Shown here: positions 36,644-46,236 of the stretch, piece by piece | How the letters are laid out: each line of letters opens with the position of its first letter | How positions within the stretch are numbered: the stretch's first letter is position 1 | NCBI GenBank assembly: GCA_965202785.1 | Contig: OZ241855.1 | Location: forward strand, 384,001-448,000 | Length of the DNA stretch: 64,000 nucleotides | DNA from: Thermodesulfobacteriota bacterium | Lineage (GTDB): Bacteria; Desulfobacterota_D; UBA1144; Nemesobacterales; Nemesobacteraceae | Direction: 5' to 3' | Translations under genes and position numbers: made by a program | The notes under the pieces: model-generated | Database searches by the model: none | Seen by the model: only the letters and a program-made list of their open reading frames with translations | What the model was told of the DNA's origin: nothing

Positions 36644-37501
36644 TCACGCGGGAATCGAAAGGGCCTCCCTCATCACCTCAACCGGGGCGTCTTCGCCTGT
36701 CCAGATCTCAAAAGCGTCAACTCCCTGGTAAAGGAGCATGCCGAGTCCGGATTCCACCTTGAGCCCCAGGGCCCTGGAGTCCCTTACAAGCGGAGTAACA
36801 GGAGGCTTATAGACAAGATCGTAGACCACGCAGTTCTCACCGAGCACATCAAGCGGAAGGCAAAGAGGTTCAATATCGCCCATTCCTGCAGAAGAGCAGT
36901 TAATCACGATGTCGGCCCGCTCCATCATCTGTGCTATCCGCTCTTCGTCCTCAAGCGGTGCCGCGGAGAATCCAACGTCTCCAAAACGCGCGGAGAATTC
37001 TTCTGAAAGTTCCCGCGCTTTTGTGTATGTTCTGTTCACAATCGCGACACTGCTGGCGCCGCCTGTACACATCGCCACTATTACCGCCCTTGAAGCTCCC
37101 CCAGCTCCCACGATAAAAGCATTCTTGTCCTGCGGGAAGAACTCGAGTTCAGAATGAAGAGCTCTCAGCACTCCTGAGACATCCGTGTTGTAACCCTTGA
37201 GCCTGCCGTTTTCGTTAACTATGGTGTTTACCGCTCCGACCATGGAAGCCTCTGGAGCAATCTCGTCCAGACCTGCCATAACGGACTGCTTATGCGGAAT
37301 GGTGACGTTAACTCCGCAGAGACCGAGGTTTCTTATCGAACTCACGGCCCTGTCTATGTTCCGGGGATCTACATCAAAAGCCAGATAAACGCAGTCAAGC
37401 CCCAGATGCGCGAACGCCGCGTTATGCATGGCGGGAGACAGACTCTGGGATACCGGATGACCGAAAATGCCGTATATCTGCGTTGTGGCTCTTATTTCCA
37501 A
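36644..37501 (-). CDS. aroE: Shikimate dehydrogenase
   Basis: G.PV.QSLSPAMHN, NVTIPHK, GAVNT, GYNTD, GAGGA, GLGMLLYQG. Confidence 0.96.
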   Translation of the reverse strand: MEIRATTQIYGIFGHPVSQSLSPAMHNAAFAHLGLDCVYLAFDVDPRNIDRAVSSIRNLGLCGVNVTIPHKQSVMAGLDEIAPEASMVGAVNTIVNENGRLKGYNTDVSGVLRALHSELEFFPQDKNAFIVGAGGASRAVIVAMCTGGASSVAIVNRTYTKARELSEEFSARFGDVGFSAAPLEDEERIAQMMERADIVINCSSAGMGDIEPLCLPLDVLGENCVVYDLVYKPPVTPLVRDSRALGLKVESGLGMLLYQGVDAFEIWTGEDAPVEVMREALSIPA

Positions 37502-38433
37502 ATCCGCTCGTCCTTCGGGTAATCGCGAAGAATTCCCCGCACCGCCGCAACGTCCTGTTCGATCTGCGCTACAAGCTCATCCACGCTCGCAAAACGCTTC
37601 TCGTCCCTCAGTCTCTCGACGAAACTGACTCCGATTTTCTTTCCGTAAAGATCGTTATTGAAATCAAAAAGGTGGGTCTCGACCGTGAGCTTGCTCTCCT
37701 CGAACGTGGGGCGGATCCCTATGTTGGTAATGCTCTCGTGGAAGCCGTCGGGGAGCCTGACGTAGGTGGCGTAAACCCCCGGCTTGGGAAGAATCTCCCA
37801 CTCGGTATCAAGGTTAACCGTAGGAAAACCCAGTTTCCTGCCTCTTCTCTCGCCTTCCACTACTACGCCCTCTATGTAGTAATCGTAACCGAAAAACCGG
37901 TTTGCCTCGCTGATTTCTCCGTCTCTTACAAGGTTCCTTATAGCGCTGCTGCTTACCACCTGATCATCCACCCGAGCCACTTCGGCAACTACCGTATTAA
38001 AGCCGTGAGTTTCTCCCATAGACCGCAGAAGATCGACGTTTCCCTTTCTTTTGTGTCCGAAAGAAAATCCCGGACCCACGACTATGTCCTTTATCTTCAG
38101 GCGATCAAGGAGGATGTCCTTTATGAAATTCTCCGCGCTTACCTTTGACAGTTCACGGGTGAAGTTAAGGCAGACAACTGCATCAATCCCAGTAGCCTTA
38201 AGCATCTCGAACCTCCTCTCCAGCGGGAAGATGAGCGAAAGATCCTTTCTGCCGAGAACTTTCTGCGGATGGGGATTGAATGTAATTACGCAGGAACGCG
38301 TGGAATTTTCCCGTGAGCGGCGTTTCGCAGTCTCTATTATCTCTTTGTGTCCGAGATGAATGCCGTCAAAATTTCCAATGCCCGCCGAGGTCTCGAAATC
38401 CAGAGGCTGCTTGGGATCAAAAAGAATCTTCAT
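37492..38433 (-). CDS. ribF: Bifunctional riboflavin kinase/FAD synthetase
   Basis: GNFDGIHLGH, TFNPHP, SSSAIR, GRKLGFPT.N, PGVY, NIG.RPTF, ETH, LRDEKRF. Confidence 0.96.
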   Translation of the reverse strand: MKILFDPKQPLDFETSAGIGNFDGIHLGHKEIIETAKRRSRENSTRSCVITFNPHPQKVLGRKDLSLIFPLERRFEMLKATGIDAVVCLNFTRELSKVSAENFIKDILLDRLKIKDIVVGPGFSFGHKRKGNVDLLRSMGETHGFNTVVAEVARVDDQVVSSSAIRNLVRDGEISEANRFFGYDYYIEGVVVEGERRGRKLGFPTVNLDTEWEILPKPGVYATYVRLPDGFHESITNIGIRPTFEESKLTVETHLFDFNNDLYGKKIGVSFVERLRDEKRFASVDELVAQIEQDVAAVRGILRDYPKDERIWK

Positions 38434-38455
38434 GTTTTCCGAAAACCGATACCGT

Positions 38456-38484
38456 AAAAAACAAATACCCGCCGGAGGCGGGGA
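38456..38484 (-). terminator. Terminator-like hairpin between trkH and ribF
   Basis: Minus strand CCCGCC-tcc-GGCGGG followed by TATTTGTTTTT. Confidence 0.45.
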
Positions 38485-38676
38485 AGGAAAGAATGCAGTA
38501 CTAGCATCTAATGCTTACTAGATTACATTCAGTTTTGCCAATTTTCAAAAGGAATTTGTCTATTCTTGACTTAATTTAGAGCTGAATGAAAGAATTTCTT
38601 CTCGGTTAATAAAAACATTATCTTTGTATGGTTCCTAGTTGAGAAACTAACCTGTTAAGCTGACTGATAACTTCCT

Positions 38677-40134
38677 CTACCTCTTCCAGAAAGACGGCAT
38701 GAAAAGCACCAGAACCGTGTAGAGTTCGAGCCTCCCTATGATCATGGCCAGCGACAGAATGATTTTCGTTGGCGAACCCAGATGGGAATAATGGCTGGCA
38801 GGACCGACCTCGTCAAAAGCGGGTCCGACGTTGGTTATGGAAGCGACCGCGGCCGAGACGGCGGATTCCAGAGATATGTCTTCAAGCATAAGAACCACGA
38901 AAGCAATGAAGCCGCAAAGGAAAATGTAAAGGATGAAGAAGCTCGTTATGCTTGCTACCGCCTTCTCGTTTATGGCCTTTTCCTCTATGGTTATGGGAGA
39001 AACCACGTTCGGATAAACGAGTCTCCGTATCTCCCTGTGAGCTTTTTTGAAAAGTACCATGATTCGGAGCGCCTTTACCGACCCTGAAGTCGACCCCGCG
39101 CACGCGCCGAAAAACATCAGCATGAAAATCACCCATTTTACGAAAGCCGGCCACGCGTCAAAATCCGTGGTGGTAAATCCGGTTGTGGTGATAATTGAAA
39201 CCACCTGAAAAGAAGCGTAGCGCAGGGACTCGGAGAAGGTTCCGTAAACACCGGTCTGGATGAGTTCCAGAGTGATAAACATCGTCGCGGCAATGACGAA
39301 AAAGAGATAGAACCGAAACTCGGAGTTTCTGAAAAGTCTCCCGGGCCTCCCGGTAAAAAAGTAAAAATGAAGCACAAAGCTAGTTCCGCCGAGGAACATA
39401 AAAAGCGTAATCAGCCCCTGTATGTAGCCACTGTCATAAGCCCCTATGCTTGCATCTCTGCAGGAGAAACCCCCGGTTGAGAGGGTGCTGAAAGAATGCG
39501 TCAGGGCATCAAAAAAACTCATTCCGCCGAAAATGAGAAGTACCGTCAACACGGCCGTAAGGCCAATATATACAATCCAGAGCTTCTTGGCCGTCTCGGC
39601 TATTTTAGGAGCGAACTTCTCCGTCGTCGGTCCCGTGGTCTCAAGCCCCATTAACTGCGCCCCGCCGACAAAAAGCCTGGGGAAAATCGCGATTCCCAGA
39701 ACTATTATTCCCATGCCGCCAAGCCACTGAGTAAAGTTCCTCCAGAAAAGAATTCCCTTGGGAAGCCACTCAATGGATGCAAGCGCGGTGGCTCCGGTCG
39801 TAGTAAAACCCGCGGTCGATTCGAAAAGCGCGTCGAGCGGGCTGGCGAACACCCCGTAAACATAATAAGGAATGGCGCCAAAAACGCTTGCAAGCACCCA
39901 GCAAAGCGTCGCAATCAGAAAACCTTCTCTTCTTCGTATCTCAGTCGGAGTTTCGGGAATGCGGCAAATTACCATAAGCGCAAGACCCGCAATTGATGTT
40001 ATAAGCGCTGAGATCAGGAAGGCAGAAAGATCGTCCTCCGGGTAAAAAAGCGTACAGACAGCCGGCACGAGCATCAGCAGCCCGAGATACATCACGAACT
40101 TTCCCGTGACCTGAAAACAGAACCTAACGTTCAC
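38677..40134 (-). CDS. trkH: Trk potassium uptake membrane protein
   Basis: FESTAGFTTTGAT, QWLGGMGII, STGGFS, TTTGF, GACAGSTSG, NVGPA, GRLE. Confidence 0.94.
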   Translation of the reverse strand: MNVRFCFQVTGKFVMYLGLLMLVPAVCTLFYPEDDLSAFLISALITSIAGLALMVICRIPETPTEIRRREGFLIATLCWVLASVFGAIPYYVYGVFASPLDALFESTAGFTTTGATALASIEWLPKGILFWRNFTQWLGGMGIIVLGIAIFPRLFVGGAQLMGLETTGPTTEKFAPKIAETAKKLWIVYIGLTAVLTVLLIFGGMSFFDALTHSFSTLSTGGFSCRDASIGAYDSGYIQGLITLFMFLGGTSFVLHFYFFTGRPGRLFRNSEFRFYLFFVIAATMFITLELIQTGVYGTFSESLRYASFQVVSIITTTGFTTTDFDAWPAFVKWVIFMLMFFGACAGSTSGSVKALRIMVLFKKAHREIRRLVYPNVVSPITIEEKAINEKAVASITSFFILYIFLCGFIAFVVLMLEDISLESAVSAAVASITNVGPAFDEVGPASHYSHLGSPTKIILSLAMIIGRLELYTVLVLFMPSFWKR

Positions 40135-41462
40135 GAAACCAGTATCTCTTCAACCTTTTGCACGGCGGTCGGCAGGGAGAACACTACCAGACGGTCCCCG
40201 ACCTGCGCGACGAAATCCCCACCGGGGAATATCGGTTTCCCGTCCCTTATACAAACTCCTATGACTGAATCGTGCGGCATTTTGCATTCAGAAAGAGGTA
40301 TCCCTAGGATTTTAGTATGTTCGGTTACGTCAAACTCGAGAATCTCTCCCGCTCCCTCGTAAAGAAGCGATATGTTGGCCTCTCCGCCGAGATGAAGAGA
40401 ATTCAGAATGGCGTTTGCCACGGCCATGTTTACGCTTATTGCCCTGTCGATTCCGATCGCCTCGAGCACTCCCACGTAATCGGGATTCGAATAAAGCACA
40501 GTGCATCGATCAATGCCGAGATTTTTCGCGAGAAGTGCGCTGAGAACATTGTTCTCATCGTCGCCGGTAAGCGCAAGCAGGTAATCGCTCTTTTCAACAC
40601 CGGCTTCCTTCAGTATCTCGAGGTCGGTTCCGTCACCTTCAAACACCATAACGCCGATAAGTTCCTCGGCGGCAGCCCTGGCCCTGTCATGATCGCTTTC
40701 AATGAGCCTTACGGAAAGTCCTTTTTCGTGAAGCGCGGAAGCCACCTCGCACCCCACCCTGCCCCCGCCGACTATGATAACGGAATTGACCTTCTGGATT
40801 TTGAGGTTAAAAAGCTTCTTAAGCCTCTCAAGTGCCGAAGGGACCCCGAGAGCAAAGACAAAATCTCCCGGGCGAAGTTCCGTATCTCCCCGCGGAATGG
40901 TTATCCTGTGCTCCCTCTGCAACCCGACGAAAGTCCAGTTCCTCGGGCTGCTGACGAAATTCCTAAGCTTTTGGTTTATTATCGGCACCCCTTCATCCAC
41001 CCGGAGCTTGAGAAGCTCTATCTGTCCGCTCGCGAAAAATTCCACCCTTCCCGCGAAAGGAGCGCTTATAAGTGCGCTTATCTTCTCTGAGATTATGCCG
41101 CTTGAACTTACTACCGAGATGTTCGAATTATCTATGACCCCCGCGTATTCGGCATACTTCGCGTTTTTCACCGCGGCGACGATTTTCTCAACTCCCGAGG
41201 CATGGGCGATAAACGAAGCGAGTATATTCGTTCTGTCATCCCCGGTAACCGCAAGAACTATGTCGGCCTTTTCTATCTCCGCCTGTCTCAGAACGACGGG
41301 ATCGTCTGCGTTCCCCTCAATTGCCAAGACATCCTGAGTCTCCTTGGCCTTGGCTATGAGCTCGGCGTCTTTTTCAATCACCACAACTTCCTGGCTCTTG
41401 AAAAGCTCCTTTGAGAGGAAATTTCCAACCTGCCCCAGACCTATTATCAGAATTCTCCGCAT
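40131..41462 (-). CDS. trkA: Trk potassium uptake NAD-binding protein
   Basis: Two RCK units (IIGLGQVG, IVGGGRVG), TGDD..N. Confidence 0.93.
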   Translation of the reverse strand: MRRILIIGLGQVGNFLSKELFKSQEVVVIEKDAELIAKAKETQDVLAIEGNADDPVVLRQAEIEKADIVLAVTGDDRTNILASFIAHASGVEKIVAAVKNAKYAEYAGVIDNSNISVVSSSGIISEKISALISAPFAGRVEFFASGQIELLKLRVDEGVPIINQKLRNFVSSPRNWTFVGLQREHRITIPRGDTELRPGDFVFALGVPSALERLKKLFNLKIQKVNSVIIVGGGRVGCEVASALHEKGLSVRLIESDHDRARAAAEELIGVMVFEGDGTDLEILKEAGVEKSDYLLALTGDDENNVLSALLAKNLGIDRCTVLYSNPDYVGVLEAIGIDRAISVNMAVANAILNSLHLGGEANISLLYEGAGEILEFDVTEHTKILGIPLSECKMPHDSVIGVCIRDGKPIFPGGDFVAQVGDRLVVFSLPTAVQKVEEILVS

Positions 41463-41471
41463 AGCAGCAAA

Positions 41472-42227
41472 CTAAACCTGCGCCCGCTCTCCTTTGACAC
41501 CGCCGGAGAGCTGAAACAGCCTTATCCCGAAGACGACCGCAAGCAGCAAGGATGCAAGCTGCGCCTGGGAAAAACCCTCTATAAAGCTCGGGGTAGTCTC
41601 CCTTATAAGCTCAATCAGAAATCTCTGGGTGCCGAGAATGAAGAACCCTACTGCCGAGATAAAACCCACGGGACGGTTCTGGGTTCTGATTTTCCAGAGA
41701 AAGACAAAAAGCAAGGCCATAAACAGCGTATCGTAGATCTGGGTGGGATGGACATTGACGACTCTCTCGGAAAAAGAAACCGCCCAAGGCAGGGAACACA
41801 CGGTCCCGTAATCGCAGCCGTTGAGAAAACATCCTATCCTTCCGATCCCGTAACCAAGGATGAGGGCGGGACAAACGATATCGAGAAGCCCCTGGAAATC
41901 CGTTCTTTTAAGTCTTGAGACAATCCACAGAGCACAAAATATCCCGACCAGGCCCCCTACCGACGCGTACCCCGATATGAAGTAGCGCCCCGGGTTAGCG
42001 AGGAACTCGGTCAAAGCGACGTTCTGATAAAGAAAAAGTATCTTGGCCCCAACAAGCCCGGCTATAAAGCATGCGAGCAGAAGCGTGGAAGGAAGTGCCG
42101 GGTCCATTTTCCTGCGGCTTGCCTCTGCGGACACAACCAAGTAAGCGGCCAGATATCCGAGCGCGAGAAACACCGAATACGAGTATATGACCAGACCTCC
42201 GCCGAGGTCTAAAAGTACCGGGTACAT
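41472..42227 (-). CDS. lgt: Prolipoprotein diacylglyceryl transferase
   Basis: MYP.L, GRIGCFLNGC.YG...LPW, HPTQIY, RF.IE.IR. Confidence 0.88.
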   Translation of the reverse strand: MYPVLLDLGGGLVIYSYSVFLALGYLAAYLVVSAEASRRKMDPALPSTLLLACFIAGLVGAKILFLYQNVALTEFLANPGRYFISGYASVGGLVGIFCALWIVSRLKRTDFQGLLDIVCPALILGYGIGRIGCFLNGCDYGTVCSLPWAVSFSERVVNVHPTQIYDTLFMALLFVFLWKIRTQNRPVGFISAVGFFILGTQRFLIELIRETTPSFIEGFSQAQLASLLLAVVFGIRLFQLSGGVKGERAQV

Positions 42228-42243
42228 GCGGCGTCTCCCTAGA

Positions 42244-43131
42244 CTACTCTTCCTTTAGAAGAGAATCCACATTTAACAAAGGCACTGTGCCGCTACCCGA
42301 GAATTTGGGAAGGGTGCCATCCCATTTCTCCGCTAGGCGCAGCTGAATGATCTGCGGATTGTTCTTAAGCGCCTTCGCTTCCCTTTCAATCGCCGCGGCT
42401 CTTGCCTTGGACGCCACTTCTATCTCGAAGGCCTGGGCGCTCGCGGCGAGCTTTTTCTCCTCAGCGGCGGCTTCAGCCTGAGTCACTCTTCTTATTTTCT
42501 CGTTTTTGGCCTGAAGCGCTTCCTGCTCCGCCTTTACCTTGAGTTCAATCGCCTTGTTGAACTCATCCGAGAAATCAAAGTCCGTTATGGCGATGTTGGC
42601 TATTCTGAGGGCGTTGGGAGAAATTCCCTTCTCGTCCAAGGTAATTGATATGAAATTGTTTATGGCCTCCTGTATCTCGACCTTCACCTCGGCCCTCTTG
42701 GTAACCAGCTGCTCGGCGGTGTACTTGGCAGTAATGGCCTTTACAGACTCCTGTATCGCAGGCTCTATAAGAGTCAGCGACACGGTGCTTCTCTTCCCTA
42801 TCTTCTGAAATATAACGGGAGCAAGTTCTCCCGTAATGGAATACTGCAGAGTGACTTGAGTCTGTACCGTCTGGAGGTCTTTGGATGCGGAAACAGCCTT
42901 GGCACTCGCCGCGGTAAGACGGATATCGATCTGTTCAACCTTATCCATGAAAGGTTTTTTCATATGGAATCCCTCGGGAAGCGCCTTGGGCTGCACGGCG
43001 CCAAGGGTTCGCACGACTCCGACATGCCCGCTTTCCACTATTACGAAAACCCCTGTCACCAGAAAAAACAGCAGGATAAAAATTATTGGATAAAAAATAT
43101 TAAGTTTGGGCAACTGCCGCCTAACTTTCAT
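42244..43131 (-). CDS. SPFH/prohibitin-family membrane protein
   Basis: Single TM, GHVGVV..LG.V, EG.H...PF, SKDLQ, F.FS.EF.KAIE.K..AEQ, EKWDG.LP. Confidence 0.88.
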   Translation of the reverse strand: MKVRRQLPKLNIFYPIIFILLFFLVTGVFVIVESGHVGVVRTLGAVQPKALPEGFHMKKPFMDKVEQIDIRLTAASAKAVSASKDLQTVQTQVTLQYSITGELAPVIFQKIGKRSTVSLTLIEPAIQESVKAITAKYTAEQLVTKRAEVKVEIQEAINNFISITLDEKGISPNALRIANIAITDFDFSDEFNKAIELKVKAEQEALQAKNEKIRRVTQAEAAAEEKKLAASAQAFEIEVASKARAAAIEREAKALKNNPQIIQLRLAEKWDGTLPKFSGSGTVPLLNVDSLLKEE

Positions 43132-43223
43132 AAACGTACCTCCGTTATATGCTACATGCTCATAACATTATAATAAGAGTTATCCGAAAACATAGACCCA
43201 TGAAAAAGTCCAGATCCGGAGAC

Positions 43224-44930
43224 TCACCGAAGGGTCTCCCTCGCATCCTTTATGAAAAGGCGGGGCTCCCTCTCCCCTCTTCGGACATTAAAACGCAGGG
43301 CGAAAACCAGATCTATCTTTTTGGGAAGACGCTTTTGGGAAGAGTAAAACCAGATGCAGTTGAACTCAGAGCCGTTCTCTCTAACCCTGAACATAAGATG
43401 CTGGTTCTTGAGCAGGTTCTGACTCGCTACAGAAACGGCCTTCGAGAGAAAAAGGGGTTCTGGATTTCCCTCTCCGAAAGGCGAGAGGCTTTCAATCTCG
43501 GAAACAAGGGTGTCCTCTATGGAAGCAAGGCTGATTTCTGAGTCTATATCAAGCCTGCTTTCAGGTTTCTGACCGCTTTTTTCAAGCTCTTCTGAGAACC
43601 GCTCCCTGAAAAGACCGATCTTTTCCTCAAGAACCGTCACCCCTGCCGCGTAGGCGTGTCCGCCGAACTCAACGAGAAGGTCCCCGCACTTTGAGAGAAC
43701 GGAGAATATGTTGATTCCTCCGAAGGATCTCCCGCTTCCCCTGCCCACGCCGTTTTCGTCTACAGAGATGAGAAAAGCGGGTTTTCCGTAAGATCCGGCC
43801 AATGAGGAAGCCACAATGCCTACGACTCCCCTGTGCCATTCGCGAGACGAGAGAACAAGGGAATTGCTGTTTGAGTACTCGGGCGCCGACTCAGCCATCC
43901 GGGTCGCGTCGCGCAGTATCCTCTCTTCAATACCGCGGCGCTCGGAGTTGCGCTTGTCAAGAAATTCCGCGAGCAGGAAAGCGTCCTCTTCGCTGTCGGC
44001 GAGAAGAAGATCAACGGCCTTGTCCGCGGAATCAAGCCTCCCCGCCGCATTTATCCTGGGACCGAGACGAAAGCCGAGATCGAATACCTCTATGCCGTCG
44101 CCTATGCCGCTTACCTCCTTAAGGGCCCACAGGCCCAGACGCTTGGGACTCCGCATTCTCTTAAGACCTTCTTTCAGCATGATCCTGTTCACGTTCCCCA
44201 CCGGTACGCGGTCAGAGATCGTCCCAAGCGAAACAAGATCAAGAAAATCCCCCATGTTGGGTTCCTTGACGGTCTCGAAGAATCCCTCCTCCCTCAGGGT
44301 TCTTCTAAGGGCGAGAGCGAGGTTAAACGCTACGCCGACGCCCGAAACCTCTTTTCCCGGGTACCTGCAGTCCGCCTGACGGGGATTGAGAACGGCTACG
44401 GCATCGGGCAGCTGACCGCAGAAGCTGTGATGATCCGTGACTATGAAATCCATTCCCAGAGCGTGTGCCTGCGCCACTTCATCCACGGCCGTGATTCCGC
44501 AGTCAACCGAGATTACGAGGTTTACCTGCCTTTGCCTAAGATCGCGAAGCGCCTCGGAGTTCACTCCGTAACCCTCTTTGAACCTGTCGGGAATATAGTA
44601 GGTAACGTCGCAGCCGAGGGCTCTGAGAAAACTCGTCAGAAGAGAGGTCGCCGTGACGCCGTCAACATCATAGTCTCCGTAAACGGCGATTTTCTCCTTT
44701 TCGTAAACGCACCTGCAAAGACGCGCCACCGCCTCCTCCATGCCTTTCATCAGGAAGGGAGAAGGCAGGTCCGAGAGGGATGCGGAAAGAAACGCCTCGG
44801 CGTCCTCGGCGGAACTTATTCCCCTGTTTACCAGAAGTCCCGCGGTTATCGGCAGGATGCCGAGCTTTGCCGAAATCTTCTCAACCGGCCCTTTAGCGGG
44901 TTTTGCTACCACCCATTTTCTTTTCTTCAT
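43224..44930 (-). CDS. recJ: Single-stranded DNA exonuclease RecJ
   Basis: YGDYDVDG, EGYG, VDCGI, TDHH, GPRINAAGR, GRGSGRS, GGH..AAG, PFGEGNPEP. Confidence 0.96.
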   Translation of the reverse strand: MKKRKWVVAKPAKGPVEKISAKLGILPITAGLLVNRGISSAEDAEAFLSASLSDLPSPFLMKGMEEAVARLCRCVYEKEKIAVYGDYDVDGVTATSLLTSFLRALGCDVTYYIPDRFKEGYGVNSEALRDLRQRQVNLVISVDCGITAVDEVAQAHALGMDFIVTDHHSFCGQLPDAVAVLNPRQADCRYPGKEVSGVGVAFNLALALRRTLREEGFFETVKEPNMGDFLDLVSLGTISDRVPVGNVNRIMLKEGLKRMRSPKRLGLWALKEVSGIGDGIEVFDLGFRLGPRINAAGRLDSADKAVDLLLADSEEDAFLLAEFLDKRNSERRGIEERILRDATRMAESAPEYSNSNSLVLSSREWHRGVVGIVASSLAGSYGKPAFLISVDENGVGRGSGRSFGGINIFSVLSKCGDLLVEFGGHAYAAGVTVLEEKIGLFRERFSEELEKSGQKPESRLDIDSEISLASIEDTLVSEIESLSPFGEGNPEPLFLSKAVSVASQNLLKNQHLMFRVRENGSEFNCIWFYSSQKRLPKKIDLVFALRFNVRRGEREPRLFIKDARETLR

Positions 44931-44951
44931 AAGAATTCCGCGGGGAGGAAT

Positions 44952-45407
44952 TCAGGAGGAGACGCTTTCTTCCCTCAGGTGCTCAACGAGTCCCAAAAGC
45001 CCGAGGTAATAACTGTGCGCCCTGAAGCCTGATACCACGCCGAGCGATACTCCCGAGACAAACGATTTCTGTCTGAAGTCCTCCCTTTTGTATATGTTGG
45101 AAATATGAACTTCCACAACAGGCATTCCGGTTGAGAGTATGGCGTCCCTTATGGCTACGCTTGTATGGGTATAGGCGCCGGGGTTTATGATTACTCCGTC
45201 GAACTTCCCGTAGGCATCCTGTATGGCGGTGACTATCTCCCCTTCTGAATTTGACTGAAAGAAGGAAAGTCCGACATCTCCGCCCAGGGAATCGGTTTTC
45301 GAAGAAAGAAAAGTTTCAATCTCAGAAAGGGTAAGACTTCCGTAAATCTCAGGTTCCCTCTTGCCCAGCATGTTGAGATTCGGACCGTTGATGACAAGTA
45401 TTTCCAT
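44952..45407 (-). CDS. aroQ: Type II 3-dehydroquinate dehydratase
   Basis: [39 protein letters not shown]. Confidence 0.97.
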   Translation of the reverse strand: MEILVINGPNLNMLGKREPEIYGSLTLSEIETFLSSKTDSLGGDVGLSFFQSNSEGEIVTAIQDAYGKFDGVIINPGAYTHTSVAIRDAILSTGMPVVEVHISNIYKREDFRQKSFVSGVSLGVVSGFRAHSYYLGLLGLVEHLREESVSS

Positions 45408-45465
45408 GGGACAAAATACCGGGAGTAATGATAATTAAAAGGTCGAGAAAAACCAAACGGGGTCT

Positions 45466-46077
45466 CTATCTGCCAAGAAGAACCATTATCTCTTCTCGTT
45501 TGTTTCTGTAAACCGGGTTATCGGGTTCCATCTCGCAGAGAACTTCAACTATCCCCAGGGCGTCTTCGTAAAGTCCCTGGGAAACGTAGAGATTAAGCAT
45601 CGTGTCCGTCTCGAAGACTCCGGCCCGCGGCTCGCTTTTCTCCTCCGGCTCCGGGGAAGGCCTTTCCGGCTCTACGGCATCTTCCCCCAGGCGCCATGGA
45701 TCCGGAACGGGCGACAGGGCGACCCTGAAGGCTTCGGCTGTCCTGCCTGCGCTTTTGTATATATGTATAAGCAGGTCTGAAGCCTGGGTGTTCCGGCGAT
45801 CCAGAGAAAGCGCCTTTTTGAGTTCCTCCTCCGCAGCAGCGGCATTCCAGCACATAAGATGCGCCTTGGCCAGAATGAGTCTCGCCCTGCTGCTATCACC
45901 TTTTTTCTCCGTAAAATCGGAAACTGTATGTCTCGCCTTGGTCACCTCTCCAAGCGCGAGATGAACTTCCGCCAGCGCGAGAAGCGAATCGGAATCGGGA
46001 AACATCCTCAAGGTATATTCGTACTTTTCCTTGAGCGCTTCAAGCTCACGCTGACTCAGAGTCTTAAGCTCGTCCAT
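45466..46077 (-). CDS. Tetratricopeptide-repeat protein
   Basis: Helical TPR-like repeats (LAEVHLALG, LAKAHL, LYVSQG.YEDA), Pro/Glu linker. Confidence 0.7.
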   Translation of the reverse strand: MDELKTLSQRELEALKEKYEYTLRMFPDSDSLLALAEVHLALGEVTKARHTVSDFTEKKGDSSRARLILAKAHLMCWNAAAAEEELKKALSLDRRNTQASDLLIHIYKSAGRTAEAFRVALSPVPDPWRLGEDAVEPERPSPEPEEKSEPRAGVFETDTMLNLYVSQGLYEDALGIVEVLCEMEPDNPVYRNKREEIMVLLGR

Positions 46078-46236
46078 AAGCCTTGTTATTCTTACAAATC
46101 CCGGTAATCGCCGCGCCTTTTCTCAATCCGCTCCGAGCAATAGTATACGCAGAAACCGGATCGGCACCGCTTTACCAAGAATACCGCAACGCAGTACAGC
46201 GGACAACACTAATCGAGACGCCGTCGCGGCCCAGGG

